DNA of 64,000 nucleotides, from contig OZ024757.1 of the NCBI GenBank assembly GCA_964016885.1, positions 21,700,001-21,764,000 on the forward strand, given 5' to 3'. Under the pieces are notes generated by a model. It did no database searches. It saw only the letters and a list, made by a program, of their open reading frames with translations, and was not told where the DNA came from. Positions 1 to 13,149 of this stretch are shown here, in pieces. The stretch is from Eledone cirrhosa (taxonomy: Eukaryota). The stretch's first letter is position 1. Every line of letters begins with the position of its first letter. The translations under genes were made by a program, and so were the position numbers.

Positions 1-126
1 TATGAAGGAGGAGTAACTGTAACTAACCTGTTACAGAATGAGAAGTTTTATTGTTATCTATATATATGTTTTAAAGACTCACAAAAGCTTCTTACTGCAG
101 TTCACTGAATTGTTCTATTAAACTAC

Positions 127-160
127 ACTTACCTGAAAAATAAGGGAAAAAAAATTATTA
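127..160 (-). promoter_or_regulatory. Candidate recursive splice site (acceptor directly followed by donor)
   Basis: Minus strand reads a polypyrimidine tract ...TTTCCCTTATTTTTCAG|GTAAGT; junction between 133 and 132. Confidence 0.4.
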
Positions 161-199
161 GTTTCCTGTTACAGTAATTTCAGTGTATGTGTTTGTATA

Positions 200-372
200 T
201 TACACACACACATATACATATATATATATATATATATACGCACACTCACACACACACATATATATACATACATATATATAAATACAAATATATGTGTTAT
301 ATATATATATATATATATATAACAAATATATATATGTTATATATATATATATATATAACAAATATATATATG

Positions 373-414
<42 letters not shown>

Positions 415-522
415 CAAATATATATATGTTATATATATATATATATATAACAAATATATATGTTATATATATATATATATATATGTTATATATATATATA
501 TAATATATATGCAATATATATA
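200..522. repeat. (TA)n/(CA)n compound microsatellite
   Basis: TA runs interrupted by recurring ACAAATATATATGTT. Confidence 0.95.
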
Positions 523-714
523 TAATACTGTTTTATTAAAAGGTAATTGCAATGAAAATGGGACATTATTTGTTAAAAAATAATGGTAACAATAACAACA
601 GTGTTTAATGGTCCATATATTATGGGACAAAATCCCCCTTTATCACAAGAGCAATTGAGGGGAGCTTAAATGTGACACAAAATATCCTGCTCTGCATTAA
701 TTTACTCAGATGTA

Positions 715-1380
715 GCACAAACAGATGTAACAGACAAACAGATGTAACAGACAAACATATGTAACAGACAAACAAATTTAACAGACAAACAGATGTAACA
801 TACAAACGGATGTAACACACAAACAGATGTAACACACAGACAGATGTAACACGTAGACAGATGTAACATAGAAACAGATGTAACATACAAACAGATGTAA
901 CATACAAACAGATGTAACATGAAAACAGATGTAACATACAAACATATGTAACACACAAACAGATGTAACATACATACAGATGTAACACACAGACAGATGT
1001 AACACACAAACAGATGTAACACACAAATAGATGTAACACACAAATAGATGTAACACACAGATAGATGTAACACACAAACAGATGTGACACAAACAGATGT
1101 AACACACAAACAGATGTGACACAAACAGATGTAATATACAAACAGATGAAATATAGTACCAGATGTAATATAGTAACAGATGTAATATAGTAAGAGATGT
1201 AATAGAGTAAGAGATGTAATAGAGTAAGAGATGTAATATAGTAACAGATGTAATATAGTAACAGATGTAATATAGATATAATACAGTAACAGATGTAATA
1301 TAGTAACAGATGTAATATAGTTAGAGATGTAATATAGTAACAGATGTAATATAGTACCAGATGTAATATAGTAACAGACG
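715..1380. repeat. 18-20 bp minisatellite with ACAGATGTAA core
   Basis: Core repeated with linker changing from CAGACAA/CATACAA/CACACAA to TATAGTA after ~1140. Confidence 0.9.
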
Positions 1381-1749
1381 TTACCTAGAAACAAAGTGAT
1401 ACATCATCAGAAGACATGGCTGTGTACACCTTGGAATACAGGGGTGAGGATGCAGGCAGGAGGGAAACTTGCCTGAAACTGGTGAGAACCAGTGATAAAT
1501 AATTATTTCCTGATATCTTAAGAAAGTAAGGATGTCTTGCCCCAGCCTCACGGCCACCCCTAGGGCATGACACAACAACACGACAGATGAGGATTACAAT
1601 AATTATCATGACTATGACATTAACAATAACAACACAAATATATTTTGTCTCCTTGAATTAACATTCCCTGTGAAGCAAATATACATAGATACATACATGC
1701 ATGCATAGATACATACACATATATACATACACACACACACACACATATG

Positions 1750-1794
<45 letters not shown>

Positions 1795-2287
1795 CTTCCC
1801 ATGTTTGCATCCAAACTGATATTTATTATCCTACGTTAATGGCTTCAGGGCATCTTTATCATTTATTTACAGCTCTTTAATTATACAAGCTCCTCTTTTG
1901 AAGTGGAAAGAAATTTATTGATTGTAACATACATCATAGCTTGCTACTCTCTCTCTCCCATATTTATCTAGTGCTCACATAACTTTCCAATGCACAAAGC
2001 ATACTCGTATATCCTTTATTAAATAACAGAATGTTTCTTACAGGCATCTTCTGCACCGGTGGTGAATTTATTGTCAAACTTGGGGATTATATTTATTTAA
2101 TAAAGTATTTATACTTTTATTAAATACATTTTTGCACTGTTTTCCCCATAAAGCCCCCCCCCCCCCCCCCCACACACACACACTTCCCAACCCACCACAA
2201 TTGACTAAATTCTTATGATTTCATTTTCTTCAAATATATTGACGCTTTTTTTTTTGTAAAATATGATGATTTCTGCAATTCTAAAGA

Positions 2288-2288
<1 letters not shown>

Positions 2289-2355
<67 letters not shown>

Positions 2356-2520
2356 TATATATAATATATATATATATATAAAATATATATATAATATATA
2401 TATATAATATATATATATAATATATATATATATATAAAATATATATATAATATATATATATATAAAATATATATAATATATATATATAAAATATATATAT
2501 ATAATATATAATATATATAA
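2289..2520. repeat. (TA)n microsatellite
   Basis: Direct reading. Confidence 0.95.
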
Positions 2521-2582
2521 TTACATGATGATGATGATGACATATAAATATAAATTCAGCAAGAATAGCATTTCAGCGGGTA

Positions 2583-2640
<58 letters not shown>

Positions 2641-2680
2641 TCTTTAGAATTGCAGAAATCATATTTTACTTGTATGTATG

Positions 2681-2711
<31 letters not shown>

Positions 2712-3140
2712 TACATGTGTGCATACATACACACACACACATATATATATAACATGCCTCTTCTAAAGGAGAATGTAAAATCCATTGAAAATGATATACC
2801 TATATTCTGTTCCGCTTTCTTTATTTTCTCATATATCAGAATATTACTACAAGGTTTCCACAAAAAAATACAACAAAAATCACATACACGCAAAAAAAGG
2901 AAAAAACACAAAGAAGCACTGCCAACATAGTTCTACTCTAAAATACTATCTTAATAACGGTGTAAGGACCTCCACTTCTCTAGGATTGATGTTGCCATTC
3001 TTTCTGTATGTTGAACTCTACCTGAGTTTTTACCATTCACATCACCTTCGCAATCACTAATACCACAATAACAGCTTATGTTCAACATTTCTTTTCCTCT
3101 TGTTTTCATCTCATAAAACAAAACTACATCTCCTCTGCAT

Positions 3141-3700
3141 TGGCAGTATTGGTAGAGGGTTGGACGCCATGCTTTGACGCATAGAGTTACTGCCCTTGCC
3201 ATTCTGAGTTCAAATCCCGCCGAGGTTAACTTTGCCTTTCATCCTTACGGGGTCGATAAAATAAAGTACCAGTAATGCACTGGGTAATTGCTGGCCTTGT
3301 GCCTAAAGTAGAAACAATTATTTTTATTGGCAGTATCGGTAGAGGGTTGGACGCCATTGCTTTGACGCATAGAGTTACTGCCCTTGCCATTCTGAGTTCA
3401 AATCCCGCCGAGGTTAACTTTGCCTTTCATCCTTACGGGGTCGATAAAATAAAGTACCAGTAATGCACTGGGTAATTGCTGGCCTTGTGCCTAAAGTAGA
3501 AACAATTATTTTTATTGGCAGTATCGGTAGAGGGTTAGACGCCATGCTTTGACGCATAGAGTTATGGCCCTTGCCATTCTGAGTTCAAATCCCGCCGAGG
3601 TTAACTTTGCCTTTCATCCTTACGGGGTCGATAAAATAAAGTACCAGTAATGCACTAGGTAATTGCTGGCCTTGTGCCTAAAGTAGAAACAATTATTTTT
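3141..3700 (+). mobile_element. SINE family A, three head-to-tail copies (~188 bp period)
   Basis: A-box-like TGGCAGTATCGG, B box GAGTTCAAATCC, body CTTTGCCTTTCATCCTTACGGGGTCGATAAAATAAAGTACCAG, tail GAAACAATTATT; many other copies in window. Confidence 0.85.
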
Positions 3701-4232
3701 TTCCCCCTGCCTAATGCATCTTTTTTTTTTTTATTTTCACTTATTAACCACTGATACTTCAAATGTCACATCAACCATGCAAATCTTATTCTCCACAAAT
3801 GTGTTTCAGCTTCTCATGCACACCAAAACCTGGTGTGTGGCATGTCATTTAAGGAAGTAACTGGACTGGGAAATACAATTGACAAAAATCTGTAAAGAAT
3901 GTTGTTGTTACTGTGGTTATTTTGAGGCTGGTAGAGTTCCTTTGGGACAGACAGGTGTGAAACTGATGGAGCCATTAGATTGTTGAATAAAGTGCTTTGT
4001 GGTATTTGATTTGGCTCTCATCTCTATAAGTTCAAATCAGACTGAGGTCAGCTATGCCTTTCCTCCTTCCGAGGTCAATAAAAATAGTCCAGTCAAGTAC
4101 TGGGGCTGACTTTTCTTCTATATCCATAGACCTGGATAGGGCTGGGCTCCACCAGGTTTTACAAAAATGACTTAAGAAATGCCATAAGTCAATATAACAT
4201 CCTTACAACTCCCTTAGATGTTATAGGACCGG

Positions 4233-4730
4233 ACCGCACCATACCATACCACACCACACCACATTACGCCGCGCCACGCCACGCTACACTACACAACACC
4301 ACACCACACCACACCACACTATACCACACCACACCACACCACACTATACTACACCACACTATACCACACCACACTACACACCACACCACACCACACTATA
4401 CCACACCACACCACACTATACCACACCGCACCACACTATACCACACCACACCACACTACACACCACACCACACCACACCACACTATACCACACCGCACCA
4501 CACTATACCACACCACACCACACTACACACCACACCACACCACACCACACTACACTACACCACACCACACTATACCACACCACACTACACACCACACTAC
4601 ACACCACACCACACCACACCACACTATATCACACCACACCACACCACACCACACTATACCACACCACACCACACCACACCACACCACACTATACCACACC
4701 ACACCACACTATACCACACCACACCACACC
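4233..4730. repeat. (CACCA/CACTA/TACCA)n pentanucleotide satellite
   Basis: Direct reading; reverse complement of the 9411-10170 tract type. Confidence 0.9.
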
Positions 4731-5144
4731 AGAATTGTTAGTGTGCCAACAAATGCCTAGCAGTATTTGTTCTGGCTCCAAATCTGACCAAGTTCAAGGA
4801 AATATAATACCAGTGAAGTACTGGGATCAAAGTAATTGATTTTTCCCCTTTCCCTAAATTGCTGACATTGTGCATAAATTTGAAATCTTTATTATTATAT
4901 TTTAGTTCAGTATCAGGCACCATGTCCACTCTGTCAATGTTGAGTTGGACAATATCAAATGTATCAATCACTGACGAATAAATATTTCACCATATTTGTG
5001 AGTAGACACTGTACCCCTTTATATCCATATCTTTAATATTGCCCCCAGGTGTGATTGAGTTAAAGCTTAACCAATATAAACCACTCCATTACCCACCCCA
5101 TTCCCCCAATGACCCAACTAATGACTCCACCCTCATCAACGCTC

Positions 5145-5385
5145 CCACCCCATCAACAACAAACCCACCACACCACCCCACCAACAACCCCATGCCACCA
5201 ACAACCCCACGCCACCAACGACCCCACGCCACCAACGACCCCACCCCACCAACAACCCCACGCCACCAACGACCCCACCCCACCAACAACACCACGCCAC
5301 CAACGACCCCACACCACCAACGACCCCACCCCACCAACGACCCCACGCCACCAACGGCCCCACCCTACCAACAACCCCACCGCCT
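5145..5385. repeat. ~20 bp C/A-rich minisatellite (CCACCAACGACCCCAC...)
   Basis: Degenerate tandem units; explains the Pro/Thr-rich ORFs. Confidence 0.85.
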
Positions 5386-5949
5386 CCACATAAAACTATT
5401 TCTATCTGCCAAATTATTTTAAGATGTGGATTAAATATATTTTTGGCTTCAACTAAATTTCCATTTTCTTCCAAATACCTTATCTAACAGAGGAAAGCCA
5501 GTTGTATACTAATAAATAATGCATAGAGTAATTGGTTTAAGGAACTTGGCACCAAAGATGGTACCTGGAGATTGGAATATTGATTATTTCTTCAAAAGAG
5601 CCAAATTTTAAGAAAGGAAAAACTGGCTCTACTTTGGAAAGGTCAAATTTAGAAATATTTACAATAAAATTCTGAAAAATTATGCCGGCAGTGCTTGTAT
5701 TGCATAAAGGCTTTGATTTAGACCGTAGGTCAACAATTTTAGGCGAGGGGAAAATAGATTAAATCGACCCCAGTGCATGACTGGTACTATATTTTATTGA
5801 CCCGATAAGGATGAGAGGCAAAGCTTACATAGACGGGAACATAAAGGGTCGTAACTGTATACCACAAAGCATACTCTAACAATACTGCCTTGTATTGTAT
5901 ATGATAATACAATACAACAACTATATATATAACATGTTGTATATATATA

Positions 5950-6423
5950 TATCATCATCATCACCACCACCGTTTTACGTTCATTCTTCCACGCTAGCAT
6001 GGGTTAGACGGGTTGTTCCTGTTGTGGGCAGTGTCCGGTCGGCTGACCTTGTCTTGCTCATACGGGAACTGATTCTGGCTTGATTTCTACAGCTGGATGC
6101 CCTTCCTAACACCAACCTCATTTACAGTGAGTGCTGGGTGCTTTTTTGCCATGGCACCTCCACGACCACTTTGCAGTGTGGGCTGGGTGCTTTTTTTTTC
6201 TGTGGCGCCTACACGTCCACTTTACAGTGAGTGCTGGGTGCTTTTTTGCCGTGGCACCTCCACGACCGCTTTGCAGTGGAATGATAGGGACCCCAGTCCC
6301 TATCATCTCATTTCTACAGCTGAGTAAACTGGAGCAATGCGAAATAAAGTGTCTTTTGTGAGAATTGAACTCACAACCTTTCGATTGCAAGCCCAATGCT
6401 CTAACCACTAAGCCATGTGCCTT
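5950..6423 (-). mobile_element. SINE family B (tRNA-like head, (GAT)n tail), variant with internal module duplications
   Basis: Minus-strand head GCACATGGCTTAGTGGTTAGAGC...GAGTTCAATTC; matches copies at 27421, 38958, 43793. Confidence 0.8.
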
Positions 6424-6450
6424 CACATCAATAGATATATAATACTCGTC

Positions 6451-7040
6451 TGTCCTTTCATTTCCAACCTCACCACTTTCATAGGCACCAACAGTTCGTT
6501 CCGTATCCGCCACTCCTTCGCCTGCACCTCCACCCATGTTGTCTACGCCCTCTGGCGTTCCCTTTGTGGCTCCTTATACATCGGACAAACGGGACACCGT
6601 TTGGCGGACTGCTTTGCTGAACATTTGAGGGACATATGACTTGGTATGGATACTCCCCTGGCCGGTTATTTCCGTTCCCCAGGTCACTTTTCCCTACAAT
6701 TCTCAGTCCTTGGTGTCCTTTTACATCATGGATCACAGTCCTCGTGCACCAGGACTGAACAGAGTCTGATTTTCTGTCTTGAGTCCTGTTTCCCTCATGA
6801 CTCAACTCCTCTTCCCAATTTCTATAATGATGGCAACATGGATGGACCTGTTATTTTTCTCTAAAAACATTTTTTCCGCCCTGCCTGTCCCTTCAATCCA
6901 TCTAATTTCTCATCCTTTCTTCCAATGAAGGACTAGCGTCCAAAACGTTAAGACCCTCTACCTGCTATTTCAAGCATTAACCTAATATATTCCTTCCATA
7001 TACTGTACCGATAGTTTTTTTTTTTTTCTGTTTACCTTTT
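6451..7040 (+). mobile_element. Penelope-like element 3' remnant with degenerate GIY-YIG endonuclease
   Basis: Translation CTSTHVVYALWRSLCGSLYIGQTGHRLADCFAEH then TPLAGYFRSPGH...EQSLIFCL fits the PLE GIY-YIG pattern (VVY...C..C...YIG.T.R.L..R..EH); in-frame stop; decayed hammerhead follows; ends at a (CA)(TA) tract. Confidence 0.85.
6915..6955 (+). ncRNA. Decayed hammerhead ribozyme motif in the PLE 3' region
   Basis: CCAATGA-A-GGAC TAGC GTCC-AAAA-CGTTA; both core boxes differ from C(C/T)GATGA and GAAA by CpG-type transitions. Confidence 0.5.
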
Positions 7041-7043
7041 ACG

Positions 7044-7085
<42 letters not shown>

Positions 7086-7086
7086 A

Positions 7087-7300
7087 TGAAAAATTGAACA
7101 GGGACAGAACAGAGAGGCAGTACAATAAATGTTTATTAAATTCACGCTCAGGAGAGTGGGGGGTAGGTGGGGGACGACGTTTCGGGCATAAGCCCTTCTT
7201 CAGGTGAGAAGTGTGTGGGATCAGAGTTCAAAAGGTGTGTAGGGGAGTGGTGGAGAGACATATAGCGAAAGGAAACGGTGCGAATGAAAAATTAACAAAT
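7087..7300 (-). mobile_element. Penelope-like terminal fragment in (TA)n with hammerhead core at 7173-7203
   Basis: Minus strand CTGAAGA-A-GGGC TTAT GCCC-GAAA-CGTCG-TC; helix I poorly paired; 3' part resembles 56593-56680. Confidence 0.7.
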
Positions 7301-7402
7301 AAAGACAAAAAATATATATAATATATATATATATATATATGCCAAGGGCGGTGCCCCAGCATGGCCTCAGCCGGATGGCTGAAACAGGTAAAAGAGTAAA
7401 AA

Positions 7403-7441
<39 letters not shown>

Positions 7442-7469
7442 AAGAGAGGGAGAGAAATATATAACACAA

Positions 7470-7690
7470 CAGCTGTATATGTAGAATTATGCAGTAAAGT
7501 GCTTTATTGTATGGCTGCTCAACATGGACCCTTACCTGAAAACTGAAGAGAAGATTAGATAGAGTCTACACCCACTTGTCAAGAGTGGCTTTGAATGTCA
7601 CTTGGAAAGATTGTCTGACCAATGAGAGACTTCATGGGAACCTTTGTCGTGTGTCAGACATCATCAAAGAGTGTAAAGTCAGATTTGTAG
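7470..7690 (+). mobile_element. RTE-type LINE post-RT fragment
   Basis: Translation SALLYGCSTWTLT...LDRVYTHLSRVALNVTWKDCLTNERLHGNL..VSDIIKECKVRF resembles the RTE LLYG.E.WTL...W.D..TN..LYG pattern; disrupted. Confidence 0.7.
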
Positions 7691-7724
7691 TTGTTTTGTG
7701 GGAGCCTACACAAACACACACCTG

Positions 7725-8616
7725 TGAATGTATGTGTGTATGTATGTACGTTTGTATGTGTGTGTGTGTATGTGTGTTTGTGCGTGTGTGTGTTTGTATG
7801 TATGTATGTTTGTGTGTGTGTGTGTATGTTTGTGTGTGTGTGTTTGTGTGTTTGTGTGTGTGTGTGTGGATGTATGTTTGTGTGTGTGTGTGTATGTTTG
7901 TGTGTGTTTGTGTGTGTGTATGTATGTTTGTGTGTGTGTGTGTGTGTTTGTGTGTGTGTATGTATGTTTGTGTGTGTGTGTGTTTGTGTGTGTGTATGTA
8001 TGTGTGTGTGTGTGTATGTTTGCGTGTGAATGTGTGTGTTTGTGCGTGTGTAGACATACACACCCATTCTCCCCACTTACATATACAAGCACACAAACCT
8101 CCTCTTTCGCACTCCCACACAAATTCACACACATACATACATATCAAGCATATACACATACATAAACACAATGACACACACACACATACATCAAAGAAAT
8201 ACACACACAAAGACACACACACACATAGATACATACACACACATACACACAGATACATACAGAAAGACACACATACACAGATACACAGACAGACACACAC
8301 ACACACTGATACATACACACAAAGACACACACACACATACACAAAGACACACACACATACACACAAACAGATACACACACACATACACACAAAGACACAC
8401 ACACAAAGACACAAAGACACACAAAGACACACACACACATACACATACACACAAAGACATACACACAAAGACATACACACAAAGACACACGCACACACAC
8501 ACACATACACACACACACACACACAAAAACACACACACAAACACAAAGACACACACACACACAAAGACACACACACACAAAGACACACACACAAAGACAC
8601 ACACAAACATACACAC

Positions 8617-8661
<45 letters not shown>

Positions 8662-8672
8662 GATACACACAG
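7725..8672. repeat. (TG)n tract followed by (CA)n/ACAAAGAC tract
   Basis: 7725-8050 TG-rich, 8120-8672 CA-rich. Confidence 0.95.
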
Positions 8673-8753
8673 TTAATTCCCCATGAAATCTGGAATACAG
8701 ACTGTTGCAATTAATTGTGAACCTATTGCACCCAGATTTTTAAAGTTTGATTT

Positions 8754-9350
8754 AGTAGCTGTCACAGGCTCTTCCTTGCTTCCTACTCACCCCCACTGAG
8801 TAGCTGTCACAGAGCTCTTCCTTGCTTCCTACTCACCCCCACTGAGTAGCTGTCACAGAGCTCTTCCTTGCTTCCTACTCACCCCCACTGAGTAGCTGTC
8901 ACAGGGCTCTTCCTTGCTTCCTACTCACCCCCACTGAGTAGCTGTCACAGGGCTCTTCATTGCTTCCTACTCACCCCCACTGAGTAGCTGTCACAGGGCT
9001 CTTCCTTGCTTCCTACTCACCCCCCACTGAGTAGCTGTCACAGGGCTCTTCCTTGCTTCCTACTCACCCCCACTGAGTAGCTGTCACAGGGCTCTTCCTT
9101 GCTTCCTACTCACCCCCCACTGAGTAGCTGTCACAGAGCTCTTCCTTGCTTCCTACTCACCCCCACTGAGTAGCTGTCACAGGGCTTTTCCTTGCTTCCT
9201 ACTCACCCCCACTGAGTAGCTGTCACAGGGCTCTTCCTTGCTTCCTACTCACCCCCACTGAGTAGCTGTCACAGGGCTCTTCCTTGCTTCCTACTCACCT
9301 CCACTGAGTAGCTGTCACAGGGCTCTTCCTTGCTTCCTACTCACCCCCAC
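8754..9350. repeat. 46 bp minisatellite, ~13 copies
   Basis: Unit CTGAGTAGCTGTCACAGGGCTCTTCCTTGCTTCCTACTCACCCCCA. Confidence 0.95.
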
Positions 9351-9410
9351 CGATAAGGCTCCTTATAGTAACGGGAAAGAAAAGGCAAACAAGGGGAGCT
9401 TACTTTTAAA

Positions 9411-10170
9411 ATGGTATGGTATGGTAATATGGTGTGGTGTTGGTATGGTGCGGTATGGTATGGTGGTGGTATGGTATGGTGTGGTGGTGGTATGGTGTGG
9501 TATGTTATGGTGGTGGTATGGTGTGGTGGTGGTATGGTGTGGTATGGTATGGTGGTATGGTGTGGTATGGTATGGTGGTGGTATGGTGTGGTATGGTATG
9601 GTGGCATGGTGTGATGGTGGTGTGGTATAGTGTGGTGTGGTGGTGGTGCAGTGTGGTGTGGTGTGGTATGGTTTGGTATGGTATGGTATGGAATGGTATG
9701 GTATGGTATGGTGTGGTGTGGTACGGTATGGTATGGTACGGTATGGTATGGTATGATATGGTACGGTATGCTGTGGTGTGGTACGGTATGGTATGGTGTG
9801 GTACGGTATGGTATGGTATGGTACGGTATGGTATGGTGTGGTGTGGTACGGTATGGTATGGTACGGTATGGTATGGTGTGGTATGGTATGGTACGGTATG
9901 GTATGGTGTGGTATGGTACAGTATGGTGTGGTCTGGTATGGTATGGTATGGTATGGTGTGGTATGGTATGGTATAGTTTGGTACGGTATAGTATGGTATG
10001 ATGTGGTATGGTATGATATGGTGTGGTACGGTATGGTATGGTATGGTACGGGTTGGTATGGTGTGGTGTGGTACGGTATGGTATGGTACGGTATGGTGTG
10101 GTATGGTATGGTACGGTATGGTATGGTATGGTACGGTATGATATGATATGGCGTGGTATGGTGTGGTATG
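9411..10170. repeat. (TGGTA/TGGTG/CGGTA)n pentanucleotide satellite
   Basis: Direct reading. Confidence 0.95.
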
Positions 10171-10496
10171 ATCTACCCTATAACTCCAGATGGAGCCTTA
10201 GGTGTGCCGCAGATCCTCTCCAGTAGATTTCTTCCAGAGAAGGATAAATAGTGAGGGAGAGAGGAAGTGTGAAAGGAAGAATTTACCCCAGTATTAGACT
10301 GGTACTTTTCTTTATCAACTTTGACTGGATGAAAGATAAAGTTGACCTTGGTGGGATTTGAACTCAGAGAGCAGAGAACTGTAACAAATACCTCAAAGCT
10401 TTCTATCTGATGTTCTAACAACTCTGCCAATGGGTCACCTTAACTTTTTAAAATAAAACATGCTTAATACTGCTTCCTGATATATCTTCCTGGTAT

Positions 10497-11160
10497 AGCA
10501 GAGAGAGAGGGGAAGAGAGGCAGAGAGAGAGGGGAAGAGAGGTAGAGAGAGAGGGGAAGAGAGGTAGAGAGAGAGGGGAAGAGAAGCAGAGAGAGAAAGA
10601 GGGGAAGAGAGGTAGAGAGAGAGGGGAAGAGAAGCAGAGAGAGAGAGGAAGAGAAGCAGAGAGAGAGAGGAAGAGAAGCAGAGAGAGAGGGGAAGAGAGG
10701 TAGAGAGAGAGGGGAAGAGAGGTAGAGAGAGAGGGGAAGAGAGGTAGAGACAGAGGGGAAGAGAAGCAGAGAGAGAGGGGAAGAGAGGTAGAGACAGAGG
10801 GGAAGAGAAGCAGAGAGAGGGGGGAAGAGAGGTAGAGACAGAGGGGAAGAGAGGTAGAGAGAGAGGAAGAGAAGCAGAGAGAGAGGGGAAGAGAGGTAGA
10901 GAGAGAGGGGAAGAGAGGTAGAGACAGAGGGGAAGAGAGGTAGAGAGAGAGGGGAAGAGAAGCAGAGAGAGAGGGGAAGAGAAGCAGAGAGAGAGGGGAA
11001 GAGAAGCAGAGAGAGAGGGGAAGAGAAGCAGAGAGAGAGGGGGGAATAGAAGCAGAGAGAGAGGGGAAGAGAAGCAGAGAGAGAGAGGGGAAGAGAAGCA
11101 GAGAGAGAGAGGGGAAGAGAAGCAGAGAGAGAGAGGGGAAGAGAAGCAGAGAGAGAAAGA
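10497..11160. repeat. Polypurine ~20-24 bp minisatellite (AGAGAGAGGGGAAGAGARGY)
   Basis: Direct reading. Confidence 0.9.
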
Positions 11161-12093
11161 GTGTGTGGTGATGATTTTTCTGTTCCAGCCAAACCAGTAA
11201 CTGTGAAGGTTTAACAAGTCAACAGGACAAGATGGCTGAGCTATTGCAAGTTAAAGGGAAAAAAAATAGGCAAAACTTTTGGCAATAAAATACATACAAC
11301 CAGCAAATTGTTTCTGTCCCTGCCACTCCACACTGCCCCACATGGCATACTGACCCCCCCCCCCCCCCAACAATAGGGGAGTGGGGGTTGTTGTTGTTAT
11401 TGTTGTTGTTGTTGTTAAGTGAGATTAAATGTTCAAACTATTTAGAAGTCCTAAAATGTTTGCCAGAGGAAGGAAAAAGGAGAAAAAATAATAATATAGA
11501 TTGGTTAGGTTGATTTTTTTAATGGTTCGTTGTTTTATTTATTTATTATTATTATTATTATTTTTATTATTGTTATTATTTTTTATTGTTATAATTTTAT
11601 TGTCTATTGTTTTTTTGTTATCTTCTTTGCATGGTTTATGCCCCCACCCCCACTCCCTGGTGGCTAATAATGAAATCATCATATCAACATTCTAGCTTTG
11701 TCTTTCATTCTTACAGATAAAATAAAGTACCAGTAAAACACTGAGGTCGATTTAATCAACTTTGACCCCTCACCACACACACACAAATTGTTGGTCATGT
11801 GCTTAATCCTTTGGCATTTAAACCAGCTGTATCCAGATCCAGCCAGAATTCTCTCACGTCTTTCTGTTCAAACTGGATGTAACGGGCCACTCATACTGAT
11901 GTTAAGGTACTGTCCTCAAAATAAAGGTGTACAGTCTTTTAGCCAAGATGTTAACGAAGGGGCTGGCACTTCATGGAGAGGGTAAAGTGTAAACATGATT
12001 TTGTTGAGGCTCTGATCAACTTAGATCAATCAAAACCTTCTACTAACCTTCTACTCTACTGCCTAAAGTAGAAACTATTATTATTATTATTAT

Positions 12094-12271
12094 GGGCAGT
12101 GGGTTGGCAGTATTGGTAGAGGGTCGGACGCCAAGCATAGAGTTACGGCCCTTGCCATTCTGAGTTCAAATCCCGCCGAGGTTAACACTGCCTTTCATCC
12201 TTACGGGGTCGATAAAATAAAGTACCAGTAATACACTGGGATAATTGCTGGCCTTGTGCCAAAAGTAGAAA
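12094..12271 (+). mobile_element. SINE family A copy
   Basis: Full head to GTAGAAAC, preceded by (TTA)n. Confidence 0.85.
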
Positions 12272-13020
12272 CCAACGCCCATCGGTACCACTTCTCCGGG
12301 TCTGATTCTCCACAGTTTCCTGATAGCTCGCTTCAGCTCCTGGTATTTCTCAACGTTTTTACATTCCTTCTCATTCACCCTGTGGTCCCATAGTGAAGCG
12401 ATATCCACAATACATGCCTTGTTATTCTTCTTTTCTACGACAGCAATGTCAGGCTTTCTAGCCACGATAAAATGGTTGCACTGGATGGTCATATTCCACA
12501 AGATCTTATACGGGTCCCTTTCGGCCACCCTTTGCAGTTGGTGTTCACACCACTTCGTTTCTCACTTCTGCTCATCTTATACTTATGACAGAGCTTCCAA
12601 TGACCCAATCTGGCAATGTTGTCGTGCCTACCCTTGTACTCGTTCTGAGAAAGCATCTTACATTCACTAATAATTGTTTCTACCTTTTGGCACAAGGCCA
12701 GCAATTACCCAGTGCATTACTGGTACTATATTTTATCAACCCCCGTAAGGATGAAAGGCAAAGTTAACTTCGGCAGGATTTGAACTCAGAATGGTAAGGG
12801 CCGTAACTCTATGCATCGAAGTATAGCGTCCGACCCTCTACCGATACTGCCAATCCACCCGTGGTTTATCGTTTCACCTTTCTCACCACAGCCTACAAAG
12901 TGGGGAATTCACTAACTTGTCGATATTGCACTTGGTATAGTTCGTTCTCAGTGCCTTTTCCTGGGCTGCGGAAATAAGGGCCTCAGTTTCAACTTTTAAG
13001 TCACTTTTCCTAGTCCATTT
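12272..13020 (-). mobile_element. R4-like non-LTR retrotransposon remnant (zinc knuckle + restriction-like endonuclease), interrupted by SINE A at 12668-12861
   Basis: Minus frames: LKVETEALISAAQEKALRTNY...SPLCRL..GEKGETINH, ISECKMLSQNEYKGRHDNIAR..HWKLC, KILWNMTIQCNHFIVARKPDIAVVEK...IVDIA...KYQEL...LW...VVP; RHD and PD..D motifs of REL elements. Confidence 0.85.
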
Positions 13021-13149
13021 TTATTTTGAGACACCATCTCTAGAGGGTGATGTAAATGACTTTAAAGGGCCCTCAAACCTTAAAATTGCAGTGAGCTATC
13101 CTGTGCTTGTCACCAATCCAGCATTTTTTACTTTGCAGCTATCATTATT

